From the human T2T-CHM13v2.0 reference genome, Homo sapiens, in assembly GCF_009914755.1 (NCBI RefSeq), contig NC_060925.1: a DNA stretch of 64,000 nucleotides; one strand, given 5' to 3'. Made by a program: the position numbers and the translations under genes. The notes under the pieces were generated by a model that saw nothing but the letters and a program-made list of their open reading frames with translations, did not search any database and was not told the origin of the DNA. This document shows positions 52,150-64,000 of this stretch, piece by piece. Numbering within the stretch: position 1 is the first letter of the stretch; every line of letters begins with the position of its first letter.

Positions 52150-52578
52150 TGTTCTGACTAAATGAACTCTTCACTGCCTCCTTGCCTGTTCCATGTGACT
52201 TGCAGGGCCTCCCTGCAGGAAGGGATATCATTTCCCACCCCAATGACATCAGGCATGGCCATGGAACATCAGGCTTCAGCCAAGGGAGTGTGCACAGAAG
52301 TGACACATGCCACATCTGAACAGAAGCTTCTAGGGTCATATTGCTCTGCCTTTGCTCCTTTTCCTCTGCCCCAGGAACCGCATGCTCTAGACAGGGCCTC
52401 CTCCTTCAGCCCAGCTACCAGAATGAAAAGACATGAGGAACAGACCTGGGATCTGACTTGCAGATAATAGGTAAAGTAAGAGTAACATAAACGTGTGTTG
52501 TTTGTAAGCCACTGGCACTTGTGGAATTTGGGGGTCATTTGCTAGTGCAGCATGACCTAGTGAAAGCTGAGTGAAACA
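52150..52578 (+). mobile_element. MLT1I/H-like MaLR LTR
   Basis: cagaagtgacacatgccacatctgaacagaagct...tgtaagccactg...gggtcatttgctagtgcagcatgacctag. Confidence 0.7.
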
Positions 52579-52588
52579 TTCCATGTAG

Positions 52589-52930
<342 letters not shown>

Positions 52931-53377
52931 TGATGGGTCTTTTATATCTATCTCCAGGCACATCTTTTTCTCTGAGCTTCAGACCCATCTATCCAACTGT
53001 CAGTTCCAGTCTTCACTTGGGTATCTAACAGGCAGATCAAACATAACTTTGGCACATAACTCTTGATTTTACTACCAACCATCCTCGTAAATCTGCTCCT
53101 CCTCAAATCTTCTCCAAATGACCTGTCAGATTTACCTCCAAAACCTCTAGTCAAAGCCCCATTATTGTCTATCTAGCCTACTGCAACAGCCCCCTAACAG
53201 GTCTCTCTACCTCACATACAGCTGCCACAGTTGTCCTTCTGTACAGTGTAAATCAGATCACATCATCGAGGCTTTCCATGGCAATTAAAATTAAAAAAAA
53301 AAAATTCTCACCAAGGCCAACGGTGTTTGATCTGATCTGCTACTAAATAGGTATTTAATGATGATGATAATAATAAT

Positions 53378-54008
53378 TGCTTAATTTTATGTCATTTTGA
53401 CTGGGCCACTGGGTGCACAGATATTTTGTTAAATGTTATTCTGGGTGTGTCTGTGAAGAAGTTCCTGGATGAGATTAACATTCGAATCAGTAAACTGAGT
53501 AAAGCAGATTGCCCTCTCCAATTTGTTCATCTGGGCTTCATCCAATCTGTTGGAGGTCTGAATAGGACAAAAAGGCTGAGTTAAAGAGAATTCACACTCT
53601 TTCTGCCCTACTGTCTTCAAGCTGGGACACTGGTCTTCGCTGCTGCCTTAAGATTCAGACTGGAAATTAACCATCAGCAATCCTGACTGTCTCTCTGTGG
53701 CTTCTCCTTTCTGCTATCTTCTTTTCCTCCTACAGAAAAGCTGCCTTTCCCCTTGCTGATGGCCTCAAGGACATGGGCCCTCAATAGCACTCAACAGTCT
53801 CTGACCTTTGGACTCAGGCCAAAACTACACTATCAGCTCTCCTGGGTCTCCAGCTTGTCAACTGAAGATCATGGGACCTCTCAGCCTTCATAACCATGTG
53901 AGCCAATTCCTTATCATATAGAAGACATGTATATTTATGTGATAAGGAATATATTATACATAAACATATGCTATTGGTTCTCTTTATCTGGAGAACTCAG
54001 GCTAATAT
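53378..54008 (+). mobile_element. MLT2 (B/D-like) ERVL LTR with a non-MLT2 insertion at 53683-53797
   Basis: ttaattttatgtca...gatgagattaacattcgaatcagtaaactgagtaaagcagattgccctc...ctattggttctc..tctggagaac. Confidence 0.85.
53683..53797 (+). repeat. Local direct duplicate of 51423-51542
   Basis: 15 mismatches in the first 84 aligned bp, then a 14-bp indel and shared aagga.atgggc(c)ctcaatagcac; offset 2260 bp. Confidence 0.88.
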
Positions 54009-54498
54009 GATGAGGAGGAGGAGGAAGAAAGAGAAGCAGAAGAAGGAATGAGTGTGAGTGCTCAGGCCTGTTGGGGATGCTCTGTTGAGCAGACTCAGCT
54101 CGGATCTGACAGTAAATACCTGTACCATGACTAGTCTAAAACTTAAACCACCTAGTTTGCCACCAGCTCCTCGAAATTGGCCAAGAGAGGGCCCCATGTT
54201 CACAAGCCAAGTTTGCCATGTTCACCGCCTCTCTCTTCCTTTCCCAGTCCATGTCCTCCCCATCCTGCATGGTCCTCCCAGATGCCAGCCCCTTCTGCTG
54301 TATTTCCCAGAGTATAGCTGAGCTCTGGAGTGGTAAGGGAATCCTTCAACACAGACTATGGGTTTTAAGATTCAAGATATTTTTGAGCCATGATGTCACC
54401 AGAACAGTGTCCAGAGGCCCTGAGAATTGAAACCAGGAATCCAGGATCCAAGCCCAGACTTAGATGGGGACACTGGGTTCATGTTTAACGAGAGGAGA

Positions 54499-55223
54499 TC
54501 CTATGGTTTGAATGTGGCCTCTCCATTATCCAGACATTGAAACTAATCACCAATGTAACAATATTAAGAGGTAGGGCCTTCAGGGGGTGATTAAGTCTTG
54601 AGGGTGGAGCCCTCATGAATGGAATTAAGTGCCCCTACAAAAGGACTTGATGGATGAAATTTGCTCCTCTTGACCTCTGCCTTCTGCCATGTGAGGACAC
54701 AGCATCTCTCTCTTCTGGAGAATGCAGCATTCCAGGTTCCATCTTAGAAGCAGAGACCAGGCCCTCATCAGAAAACTGAACCTGCTGGAACTTTGATCTT
54801 GGAATTCCCAGCCTCTAGAGCTGTGAGAAAATACATTCCTGTTCTTTATAAATCATGCAGTCTGTGGGATTTTAACTTTACTTTAGGTTCACAGTACATT
54901 TGCAGGTTTGTTATATAGGTAAACTCGTGTCAAAAGGGTTTGGTTTACAGATAATTTCATCACTCGGGTACTAAACTTAGTACCCAATAGTTAATTTTTC
55001 TGACCATCTCTCTCCTCCTACCCTCCACCCTCAAGTAGTAGGTCCCAGTGTCTATTGTTCCCCTTTTTGTGCCCATGAGTTCTCATTATTTAGCTCCCAC
55101 TTATAAGTGAGAACATGCAGTATTTGGTTTTCTGTTCCTGTGTTAGTTTGCTAAGGATAATGGCCTACAGATCCATCCATGCTCTGTGGTGTTTTGTGAT
55201 AGCAGTATGAAATGGCTAAGACA
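54499..55223 (+). mobile_element. MSTD-like MaLR LTR interrupted by an L1PA fragment
   Basis: ctatggtttgaatgt...gagggtggagccctcatgaatgg...; resumes tctgtggtgttttgtgatagcag...ggctaagaca. Confidence 0.8.
54870..55181 (-). mobile_element. 5'-truncated L1PA (old primate, ~PA13-16) 3' end
   Basis: gcaggtttgttatataggtaaactcgtgtca...atttagctcccacttataagtgagaacatgcagtatttgg; TSD-like tctgtgg..tttt. Confidence 0.88.
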
Positions 55224-56878
55224 GGAAAGCAAAGTCACTCGATTGCATTCAGACAACATCACCCTCTGCATCAATCCCTATTCTGGGCATTGCGGGGAGA
55301 CACACAGAAAACCAAAGACTTCCCTCACTTAGAAGGGAGAGGGTAGAGACACAAGCCTAGCCTCAGTTGCTCTTGGTGTGATGCTGGAGACACTGCTGCC
55401 TTCAGAGAGCTCCCAATATGCAAGAGCCTCACAGTTCACAATGGAGGCATTGGTCCAGACCCCTTCCCTCTGACTCATCCATCCCTCAGTCCTTGCTCTT
55501 TGCTCCAAGCCTATCTGTGTCGGGCTGCCAATCTAAGGTGACTCAGGAATATCTCAGGTTGAAGACACACTCCCTCTTCTTCCCATCCCATGGGGCTTTC
55601 TGACTCCAGGCTTTGGGGAAACAATGCTCACTGGGACCTCATCTTCTCTGTCCCATGTAATTCCTGAGATATCTGCTCATCAGGCTAGTGTCCAAGCTAG
55701 TTCTGCTCCATGGAGAAGCCTGACTTTTACTCATGATTGTAGAGAAGCATCGAGAGCTCATTCCCATGGCCTACCCTACAAAGAGAAGGAACAATAATGA
55801 GAGAACACAAGTAATCAATCAGCATGAGAGCAGATTTCTTGTTGGCATTTATGTTGTCGTTATGTTTTCTTCATGGCAGCAAGGTTCTACAGTGGCATTT
55901 CTAAGGCTAATGGAAGAACATGGGGTTGAAACAAAAATACTAGTCTTTGGGGCTCTGAGGCTCCAGGGATTACTGTCGTTTTATTCAGAGTAGCTCCCCT
56001 CTTATCAGTTTTATATATTGTGGTTCCATGTGAAATGTTATTTAAAAGTGGTTCTTCCAACTAGACAAAGATTTGAGAACCACTGCTGCTCTGCTTGCTA
56101 CCATATACAAGTCCTGTGCCATCACTTAAAGTGCATTATGTGACATTATAGATGTCCGTTGTCAACTTGGTGTCACCATCACATACATCATGCCACATGC
56201 CCTAGTATCTAAGTGAGCATGTCTTTTGATTTTATATTCAGTTTGTTTATAGCATGTTTTTCAAATTACAAAAGTAACACATGTTTGATTATAACAACTG
56301 AAACATACAATAAAAAGATGGTAAATTGTAGCGCCAGTCCCCACCCATGACCTCTCCTCTGATGTAAGCAGTGTTAATATCCCGTTATGTAACCTTCAAG
56401 TGGACATCTATCATGAACAATTTCAGCTGTCTCTAAAATTACTGATGCAAGAATCTGTCACCTACGATAGCAATTGGTATGAGCAAGGCAAGATATGAAT
56501 ATATATTTCTTGTTTTCATCCACAAGTTAACTAATTTCCAGAGGCTGTCTGGGTTTCCAACAAGGAAGAGCAACCATAGTTGACCAGTGACCATGCAGTC
56601 TAAGTGGACCAACAGATGGAAAACCCTGTCTCTGAGAGGGGTGCCCACGGTCACAATTAATGTGGGGCTATAGTTCTGGGATCGAGCAAACATTATATGT
56701 ATGAGGCTGTGAGCAGTGTTCATGCACCTGGATCTCCAGGTGCTTTTTCAGAGATGGTGAAGGCTTGTGATTACGGTCTGGGTGTAAATCCCACTCTGCC
56801 ATTTTTTGTGAGTGGTCAATTCACCTCTCTAAACCTCAGTTCACTCGTCTAAAAACTGGAAAGAAGAATAATACCCTA

Positions 56879-57375
56879 TGTATCAGTCAGAGTCCAGTCA
56901 GAAACACTGAAGCCAATTCCACATAGTCCAAGTAGGAAGGGCTTTAATGAAGGGAATTAGAAGCTTCTACAGCTGTTAGAAGACCTGGGAAAGAATAGCT
57001 GGGGAAGCCACCACTGAGCACCCAAGGACACCAGTACAGCAGGCATCCAAGGTCTTACCCAAAACCCCTGGGAAGCTCTGCTGGCCTTCTCAGGCTGCAG
57101 CAATGAAGCAGGTAAAACTCAAGTGGAAGGTGCTTCAAACCTCATGTCTGCCTATTTATCTACCTACCTGCAACTAATTCTGGAGAATCACAGCCTCGCC
57201 ACCTTTCCTACTTTCCAAACCTTCCCTAAGCACCTCTTTTGGCAGACTCAAACCAGGAGCCATATGGCAAAAGGCATTCTGGGAAATGTAGGTCTCATCT
57301 CCTCTTCCACAAAGCAAGGGACACCTGATGACAGGTGGTGGTGATGCCAGATGAACAATCAACAACCTAGCACAA
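56879..57375 (-). mobile_element. Ancient ERVL/MaLR-class LTR inserted in a MIR (56760-57480)
   Basis: tgtatcagtcagagtccagtcagaaac start; MIR halves on either side. Confidence 0.45.
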
Positions 57376-59374
57376 CCTACTGCATAGGCTTTTTATGAGA
57401 TTAAATGCAATAATGCAGAGACAAAGTCTTAACAAAGTGCTTGGTGCACAGTTAATGCTTAATAACTGGCAGTTATTATAATTCTTTTTATAATTTTGAT
57501 TGCAGAAATGGTGGCTTTCCACCTCGCCCAGCACACTCACTCCATTTCATGCTACAGAAAATCCTAGGCATTGGGGTTCCTGTCAAAAGATACATTTCCC
57601 ATTGTCTCACACCACTCAGCAGGTCCCATCACTTCTTTTTCCGATCCGATTATAATGGCAACATTTGTAAATTGCTGAACCTCTAATTCCCCATAAGCAT
57701 GTAGCCTGACTCAATGTATTCAAATCAATTACACAGAAAGGCATGAACTAAATTCTCTACTTCTGTATCCTGGTTTTACATTTCATAGTGATTGTACTTG
57801 AAATCACCACCAAAAAAAGAGCATTATGCTACAGGTGTGTCTTCTTCATCATAAATCAATCAAGGCATGAGGAGATCCAATAATAACCCTATTTATGAAC
57901 AAGCAGTTCTAGCCTCACAATTACTATCACCAAACATTTCAGAATAATGAAACGTTTCCAATGAGAATTAATTTAAAAAGACCAAAATGCATGCAAACTT
58001 ACTTCCATGAAACTTAAATTCAAACCATCCCATGGGTAACCAAATTATACTTGTAAAGAACTCAAATTGATTGGACTTCAAAATTCAAAATTCAATTGTA
58101 GAAAATAAAATAGGTTATAAACCGCAAAGGCCTTTGCCAAGCCATCCCCTGCTCTGAAGCACAATCCAAACATCACATGGTCACACGTCAGTGCTGCCTG
58201 CAAAGAAATCCATTTTACAAACAAACTTAGGGTAATAGGACCCAGATCTGTAATGCCTTATCCTGATTAATGACGGACCCACACACTGTTATATCCATGG
58301 TCACCAAGAGAAAAGCTAACATTCTTGGAAGCAGCATTACTCTTAAAATTGCAATAATCTCCAGGGAAAATAACCCAATTTAAACTTATTCCCTCTTTAG
58401 CTAGAATGTGTTTAACTCTTTTAAACTTGTTCTTTGCTGTTACCTGTGTCCTTCAAAGACATGCCCCTTGTTATTCTACGTAACTCCCTTCACTCAGACC
58501 TTCAATAATTGCAAAAGCAATTTAACCCCCAGTTTACCATGATACTATTAAAGAGTAAAATAGTCAGTAGCCCAAAGAAATTCTTAGGAAGCCAACACTT
58601 TCAATTGGCATGCTTTTTTTAGACCCTAAATTCATATGCATAAATATGCATTCGTTCAGTCTGTCAACCCACGTCTAGGTAATGGTTGAATAAGTTAGAG
58701 GAGCTCTCTGACGTCAGGGAACTTACATTCTAGTCAGAAGAGGCAGATACATGAATCAACAAACAAGACCATTCAGGATGCATACGCATTGATCTGAAAG
58801 TCTCTTCACTTCACTTGCCTGAGCTGAGGTGGGACCACAATCTTTGAAGAACCAAAGAAGGAGAGTTCTCAGAAGAGGTTATAGCAAGTGCAAAGGTCCT
58901 GTGGCAGGAAAGAGCTTGCCAGGCTCAGGAGGTGGAAACATACATTGCCAAATACAAATACACACACAACATATACACCAACACACACCAAAGACTTTCT
59001 ACAAGGTTTCATTAAATACTGAGTGGGTACAAAAGATATTTATAAAACATGTCTGCTGTACAAAGAATAACAATAAAGGGAACATTCGTGTATCCCACCA
59101 TCCAGTTTAGAAATGAAAGCGTGACCATCAAGCATGACCTCTTTGATCTGATTGCCTCTCTTCGTAACCCAGAGAAATGCTAATCTGAATTCATTCTCCA
59201 ATGTTTTTTTTCTTTATCACCTTATATCCTGAACAATATATTGTTTAATACGTTTTTGATCTCTAAGACTAGAATCTTGCAGTTATGTAGGTTTGTATGG
59301 CTTGGGGTTTTTGTAGCCAAGTCAAAGCTATGATAAATTTGTTTCTGAAATTTTTGAGTGAAAGAGTTAATAAT

Positions 59375-60860
59375 TTTTAATTAGAATTTGTTATTGAGAT
59401 AATTATAAATTCATATGCAATTCTGTGTACCATTTATCCAGTTTCCCCCAGTGGTAACTGATATGGTCTGGCTGTGTCCCCACCCAAATCTCATCTTGAG
59501 TTGTAGCTCCCATAATTCCCACGTGTTGTGGGAGGGACCCAGGGGGAGATTATTGAATCACGGGGGTGGTTTCCCCCATACTGTTCTCATGGTAGTGAAT
59601 AAGTCTCACAAGGTCTGATGGTTTTATAAGGGGAAACCCCTTTCACTTGGTTCTCATTTCTCTCATATCTGCCACCATGTAAGACGTGCCTTTCACCTTC
59701 TGCCATGATTGTGAGGCCTCCCCAGCCATGTGAAACTGTAAACCCATTAAACCTCTTTTCCTTTATAAACTACCCAGTCTCAGGTATGTCTTTATCAGCA
59801 GCATGAGAAGAGACTAATACAATAACATTTTTAAAACACTAGTACAATATCATAACCAGGATATTGACATGATACAGCTCACCAGTCTTACCCAGATTTC
59901 TCCAATTTACTTGTATCATTTGTGGTCTGTGTGTGTGTGTGTGTGTCCATCACTAAAGTCAAGACATCAGCCAGTCCATCACCATGAGGATCCTTCATGT
60001 TGTGCCTTTATAACCACCTCCCTCCACCTCACCACATTCTTAACCCTCAACAACCACTAATCCCTTCTCTATCTGTAACATTTGTCATTTCAAAATGTTA
60101 TATAAATGTAATCATACATATGTAGCCTTTGGCATTGACTTTTTTCACTCATAATAATTCCCCAAAGATTCATCCAAGTTGTTTGTAATCAATAGCTTGT
60201 TGCTTGTTTATTGCTGAGTAGTATTCCATCCTGTGTATATACCACAGTTTGTCTAACCAGTCACCTGTTGAAAGGCATCTTCAACCAACAGGCAAAAGGT
60301 TAAACAAACTGTGGTATATTTGAATGGTTAAACAAACTGTAGTATATTCGACTATTACAAATAAAGCTGCTGTGAACACTTGGCTATTGCAAATAAAGCT
60401 CCCCAGGTTTTTGTGTGGACATAAGTTTTTATTTCCCTGGGATAAACACCTGAGGGCGCTACTGCTGGGTCATAGGCATGCTGGGTTTTATAATTAGCTG
60501 CCCTCTGTTTTCTAGGCTAGATCTACAATTTTACATCCCATCAACAATATATGAACAAGCCTATTTCTCTACATCCTTGCCAATGTTGGGTGTTCTCATT
60601 TTTTTTTTATTTTAGCAATTCTGATAGATGCATAGTGATATGTTATCATGGTTTTAATTTGCATTACCCTTATGTTGAACATATTTCATGGATTTTTTTT
60701 GCCATTTGAATAACTTACACTATGGAATATCTATTCATGTGTTTTGCCCATGTTCTAGTAGATTACTTGTTTTCTTTTTACCATTGAGTTTTGAGAGCTC
60801 TTATATAATCAAGATTCTAGTCCTTTTCAGGTGTGTGATTTGAAAATATCTTCTCCTACT
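59375..60860 (-). mobile_element. L1MC/MB-like fragment interrupted by THE1
   Basis: catttatccagtttcccccagtggtaac|attttt...cataaccaggatattgacatgatacag; tttattgctgagtagtattccat. Confidence 0.8.
59459..59821 (+). mobile_element. THE1B-like MaLR solo LTR
   Basis: tgatatggtctggctgtgtccccacccaaatctc...gactaataca; TSD gtaac/ataac. Confidence 0.92.
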
Positions 60861-61450
60861 CAGCAACTTGTCTATAGCTTGCTTTTTTACCCAAGATTAT
60901 TGTCCTCAGTTTTATCTATGCAGATGGATTTTTTTGGTTTTGTTGCTGTATCATTCTACTATTGTTTTGTATTTTGCTGTATCATTATACTATTGATGGA
61001 CATTGCTTATTGTTCTGCTTTCACAAGCCATGTTACCATGGGCTTTCTTGATGTGTCCACTGCTGCACCTATATAAGTTCTCTAAGGTATAGACCTAGTA
61101 ACATTTCTGGATCACAGGGTATGTGCATTATTAATGTTATTAGATAATGCTGAATTTATGCCAAAGAAATTTCATCACTTAGAACTGCCACCAGCAGTGT
61201 AAAAGTTCCTATTACTCCATGCCTTTGCTAGCACTTGATCTTATCAGACTTTTTTTCAATTTTAACAATGTAATGGGCATATAATGATATCTATTTCATT
61301 TGTATTTCCCAAGTTACAAATAATCATACAAATAAATACAAATAGTTCCTTTACTTCCCTGGTGAAACTGAATATTCAGTCTAGACATTCAGATTTCCTG
61401 TTTCATTAAGTGTCTATTTAAGTTACTTTGCCCATTTTCGTATTGAGTTG

Positions 61451-63206
61451 TGTATTAGTCTGTTTTCACACTGCTATAAAGATACTACCTGAGACTGAGT
61501 AATTTATAAAGAAAGGGGTTTAATGGACTCACAGGGAAAGCCTCAGGAAACTTATAATCATGGCAGAAGGCAAAAGGGAAACAAGGCACATCTTCAAAAG
61601 GCAGTAGGAGAGGGAGAGAGAAAGAAGGAGAAAGAGCCACTTATCAAACAACCAGATCTCATGAGAATTCACTCACTACCACGAGAACAGCACGGGGGAA
61701 ACTGGCCCCCTTGATCCAATCACCTCCCACCAGGTTCCTCCCTCTGTTGGCAGTGGCCGCTGCCATCATGCAGGCTGCAGCAGGGAGGCACCACCCCAGG
61801 GCTGCACACTCCGTGAGGCAGGCAGGAGCTGGTGACAAGTGGGAGCCCCACCCCTTTTGAGTTGGCAAGGCGGGAGTTCCCTAGGTGCAGCTGTGGCCAC
61901 CCTCCCAAGCGCAGGACCCGAGAGTCTCTGCAGTCTTCACTCTTGGGGGCCTCAGAAGTCCCCCCCAACCCCCTGGCCCCACAGGCTCTAGAGTGTCTGC
62001 TCCTGCTGCCTGGCCTCTCCACTCCTGGCACCCTACTCCAATCTTGGAGCCAGGTTGGGGCCTATCCTGGGCACTGGCACAGCCTGGCCAGGTGTGCACA
62101 TGCTTGGGGCAGTGCTGACATGCCAGTACCCTGCTACCTCGGCCTCCTCCAGAATTTGGGCAAAATGAGCATGAGAGGAGAAACTGAGGGGGAGGGCTGA
62201 GGGTGGCTTGGCACTGGCCTGCAGGTGCCTTTTGGTGCAAGCAGCCTGGGCACCATAGGCACCATGGATGGCAGCAGGAGGCAGACAGGCTCCTGGATTG
62301 AAGGGAGTGGATCCCTAGTAAGGCCCTACCTTTAGGCCAGGGATGGCCTGAAGGCTGGGGGCTGAGCAGTAAGTCCCGCAGATCAAAGTGGGGACTTGCA
62401 GTGCCTTTCAGGCCTGCCCATGGCCACCCATGGACCAACTGACACACACTTCCTCCCCTCTGACATCCGTAAAAGCCCCAGGCTCAGCTAAAGCAGGGTA
62501 GAGGATGGAGAGATGATGGGATGACCAACTTCAGAGAGGAGCTATCCTCTCTGCTGAGAGCTGGGAAGAAGAGAGGAAGACTTGCCTGTAGAGAGGAGCA
62601 ACTTTCTCCAGAGCCTCCTCTCTGTTGAAAGCAGCAGACATCAGGATGACTGGCTGCAGAGAGGAGCTACCCTCTCCAGGGCCTCCTCTCTGTTGAAAGC
62701 AGCAGACATTGGGATGACCACCTGCAGAGAGGAACTACCATCTCCAGGGCCTCCTCTCTGTTGAGAGCTGAACCCCTGACAGGACAAGGATGACCAGCTG
62801 CAGAGAGGAGTTACCCTCTCTAGAGCCTCCTCTCTCTTGAGAGCTGAACCCTTAATGGGACAACCTGCCAGCAGAGAGGAGCCACAGACCCCAGGGCCTC
62901 CTCTCTGCTGAAAGCTGAACACTCAACGAGATGACCTGCCTGCAGAGAGGAGCTATCCACCACAGGTCTCTTCTGAGCATTCTAACACTCAATAAACCTC
63001 CTCTTCATCGTGTTTACCCTACACTTGTCTGTGTACCTCATTCTTCCTGGACACAGGACAAGACCTCAGCAAAGGTGCCACCAGCCACAGAGGTTTCTGG
63101 CCAATTGATACCCCAAAGATCCCTTAACACCTCAACACATAGGGATTACAATTCAGCTTACATTCAATATGAGATTTGGGTGGGGACACAGCCAAACCAT
63201 ATATCA
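61451..63206 (-). mobile_element. THE1D/MSTA-like LTR split by MER52
   Basis: tgtattagtctgttttcacactgctataaaga...cctcccaccaggttcctccctc|aacacatagggattacaattc...gccaaaccatatatca; TSD agttg/ggttg. Confidence 0.85.
61745..63129 (+). mobile_element. MER52-family ERV1 solo LTR (~1.4 kb, GC-rich, internal tandem repeats ~62500-62970)
   Basis: ggccgctgccatcatgcaggctgcagcagggagg start; ccagccacagaggtttctggcc..accccaaagatcccttaaca end; TSD CCTC. Confidence 0.85.
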
Positions 63207-63469
63207 GGTTGTCATTTTCTCATTGGCTTGCAGGAGGTTTTTTGTTTTTTGTTTTTAACATATTCTCAATGCTAATCTTTCCCACTTATTTGTGTTACAA
63301 ATCTTTTCTTATAGCGTGTGCTTTTTCTTTTTATTTCTGTTAGAGTGTCTTTTGACAAACAAAAGTTTGTAACATAGTCACATTTTTCATACCTGTTTGT
63401 GTGGCTCCTACTTTTGGATTTTAAGAAATCCTTACCTATCCTGAGGTCATAAATGCACCCTGCCTCTCT

Positions 63470-63690
63470 ATTTACAGTATTTAAGAACATAAACTCCCAA
63501 GCCAAACTGCCTAGGTTCAAATCCTAGTGATGAAAACTTGATCAACTTATTTAACCTCTTTGTGGCTCAATTTACTCAAATGCAAAGTGGAAACGATATT
63601 AGTACCTACATCATATACATGCTCTGTTGGACTAAATAACCTCTGTTGAAAATAGTCTGGAACATAGTATTATGTGCTATCATCATAATC
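63470..63690 (+). mobile_element. MIR fragment within minus-strand old L1 sequence (~60950-64000)
   Basis: ctgcctaggttcaaatcctag...acttatttaacctctttgtggctcaattt. Confidence 0.6.
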
Positions 63691-64000
63691 ATCATCACCA
63701 AGCTTTAGAATATTGACATTTACATTTAAAGTTTTAGCAATCTACAATTTATTTTTATATATGGTTTGAGGCATTATCCCAACATTTTTATGGCAAATTA
63801 TCAATTTACCCAATACAGTTTTGTAAATTGAGTCTTTCCTTACTGAACTGTAGTACCAGCTCTGTCATAAATCAAGTTTCCCTTTGTATTAGGTATTAGG
63901 AGCTGTTCTGAGATTTCTATTTTCTTCCATTGGTCTGTCTATTCCTAAGACAGTGCCACTCTGTTTTAATTTCTATAGTGTTGTAATGCTTTTTGATAAA

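Noticed and set aside
61720-62447. 188-aa and overlapping ORFs
   Set aside because: They lie inside the GC-rich MER52 LTR, where stops are rare.
62500-62970. Regularly spaced repeats resembling a CRISPR array
   Set aside because: Degenerate tandem units without unique spacers, intrinsic to the LTR; eukaryotic context with no cas genes.

Overview
Primate (human-like) non-coding DNA with no recognisable cellular protein-coding gene, RNA gene or CRISPR array. The window is dominated by interspersed repeats: about 14 Alu-family elements, many MIR and L2 fragments, old L1 3' ends, MaLR LTRs (MLT1, MST, THE1), ERVL/ERV1 LTRs (MLT2, MER54/74-like, MER39, MER52) and hAT DNA-transposon fossils. The largest element is a minus-strand HERV-H provirus (22592-27383, TSD ATCAC). 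Its 3' LTR (LTR7Y/7B type) is intact, but its 5' LTR is reduced to ~33 bp fused directly to the internal leader. The least expected pattern is a series of locally templated insertions: DNA copied from 0.05-2.3 kb away and pasted into old repeats (2538-2786, 53683-53797, 60237-60400, possibly 52014-52056). Several repeat-free, homeobox-motif-rich blocks look like developmental enhancers. One repeat-free 285-codon frame (47284-48138) has a single internal stop and lies downstream of a TATA box. Repeat names come from recall of consensus sequences, not from a RepeatMasker run; subfamily calls and boundaries without a TSD are approximate.
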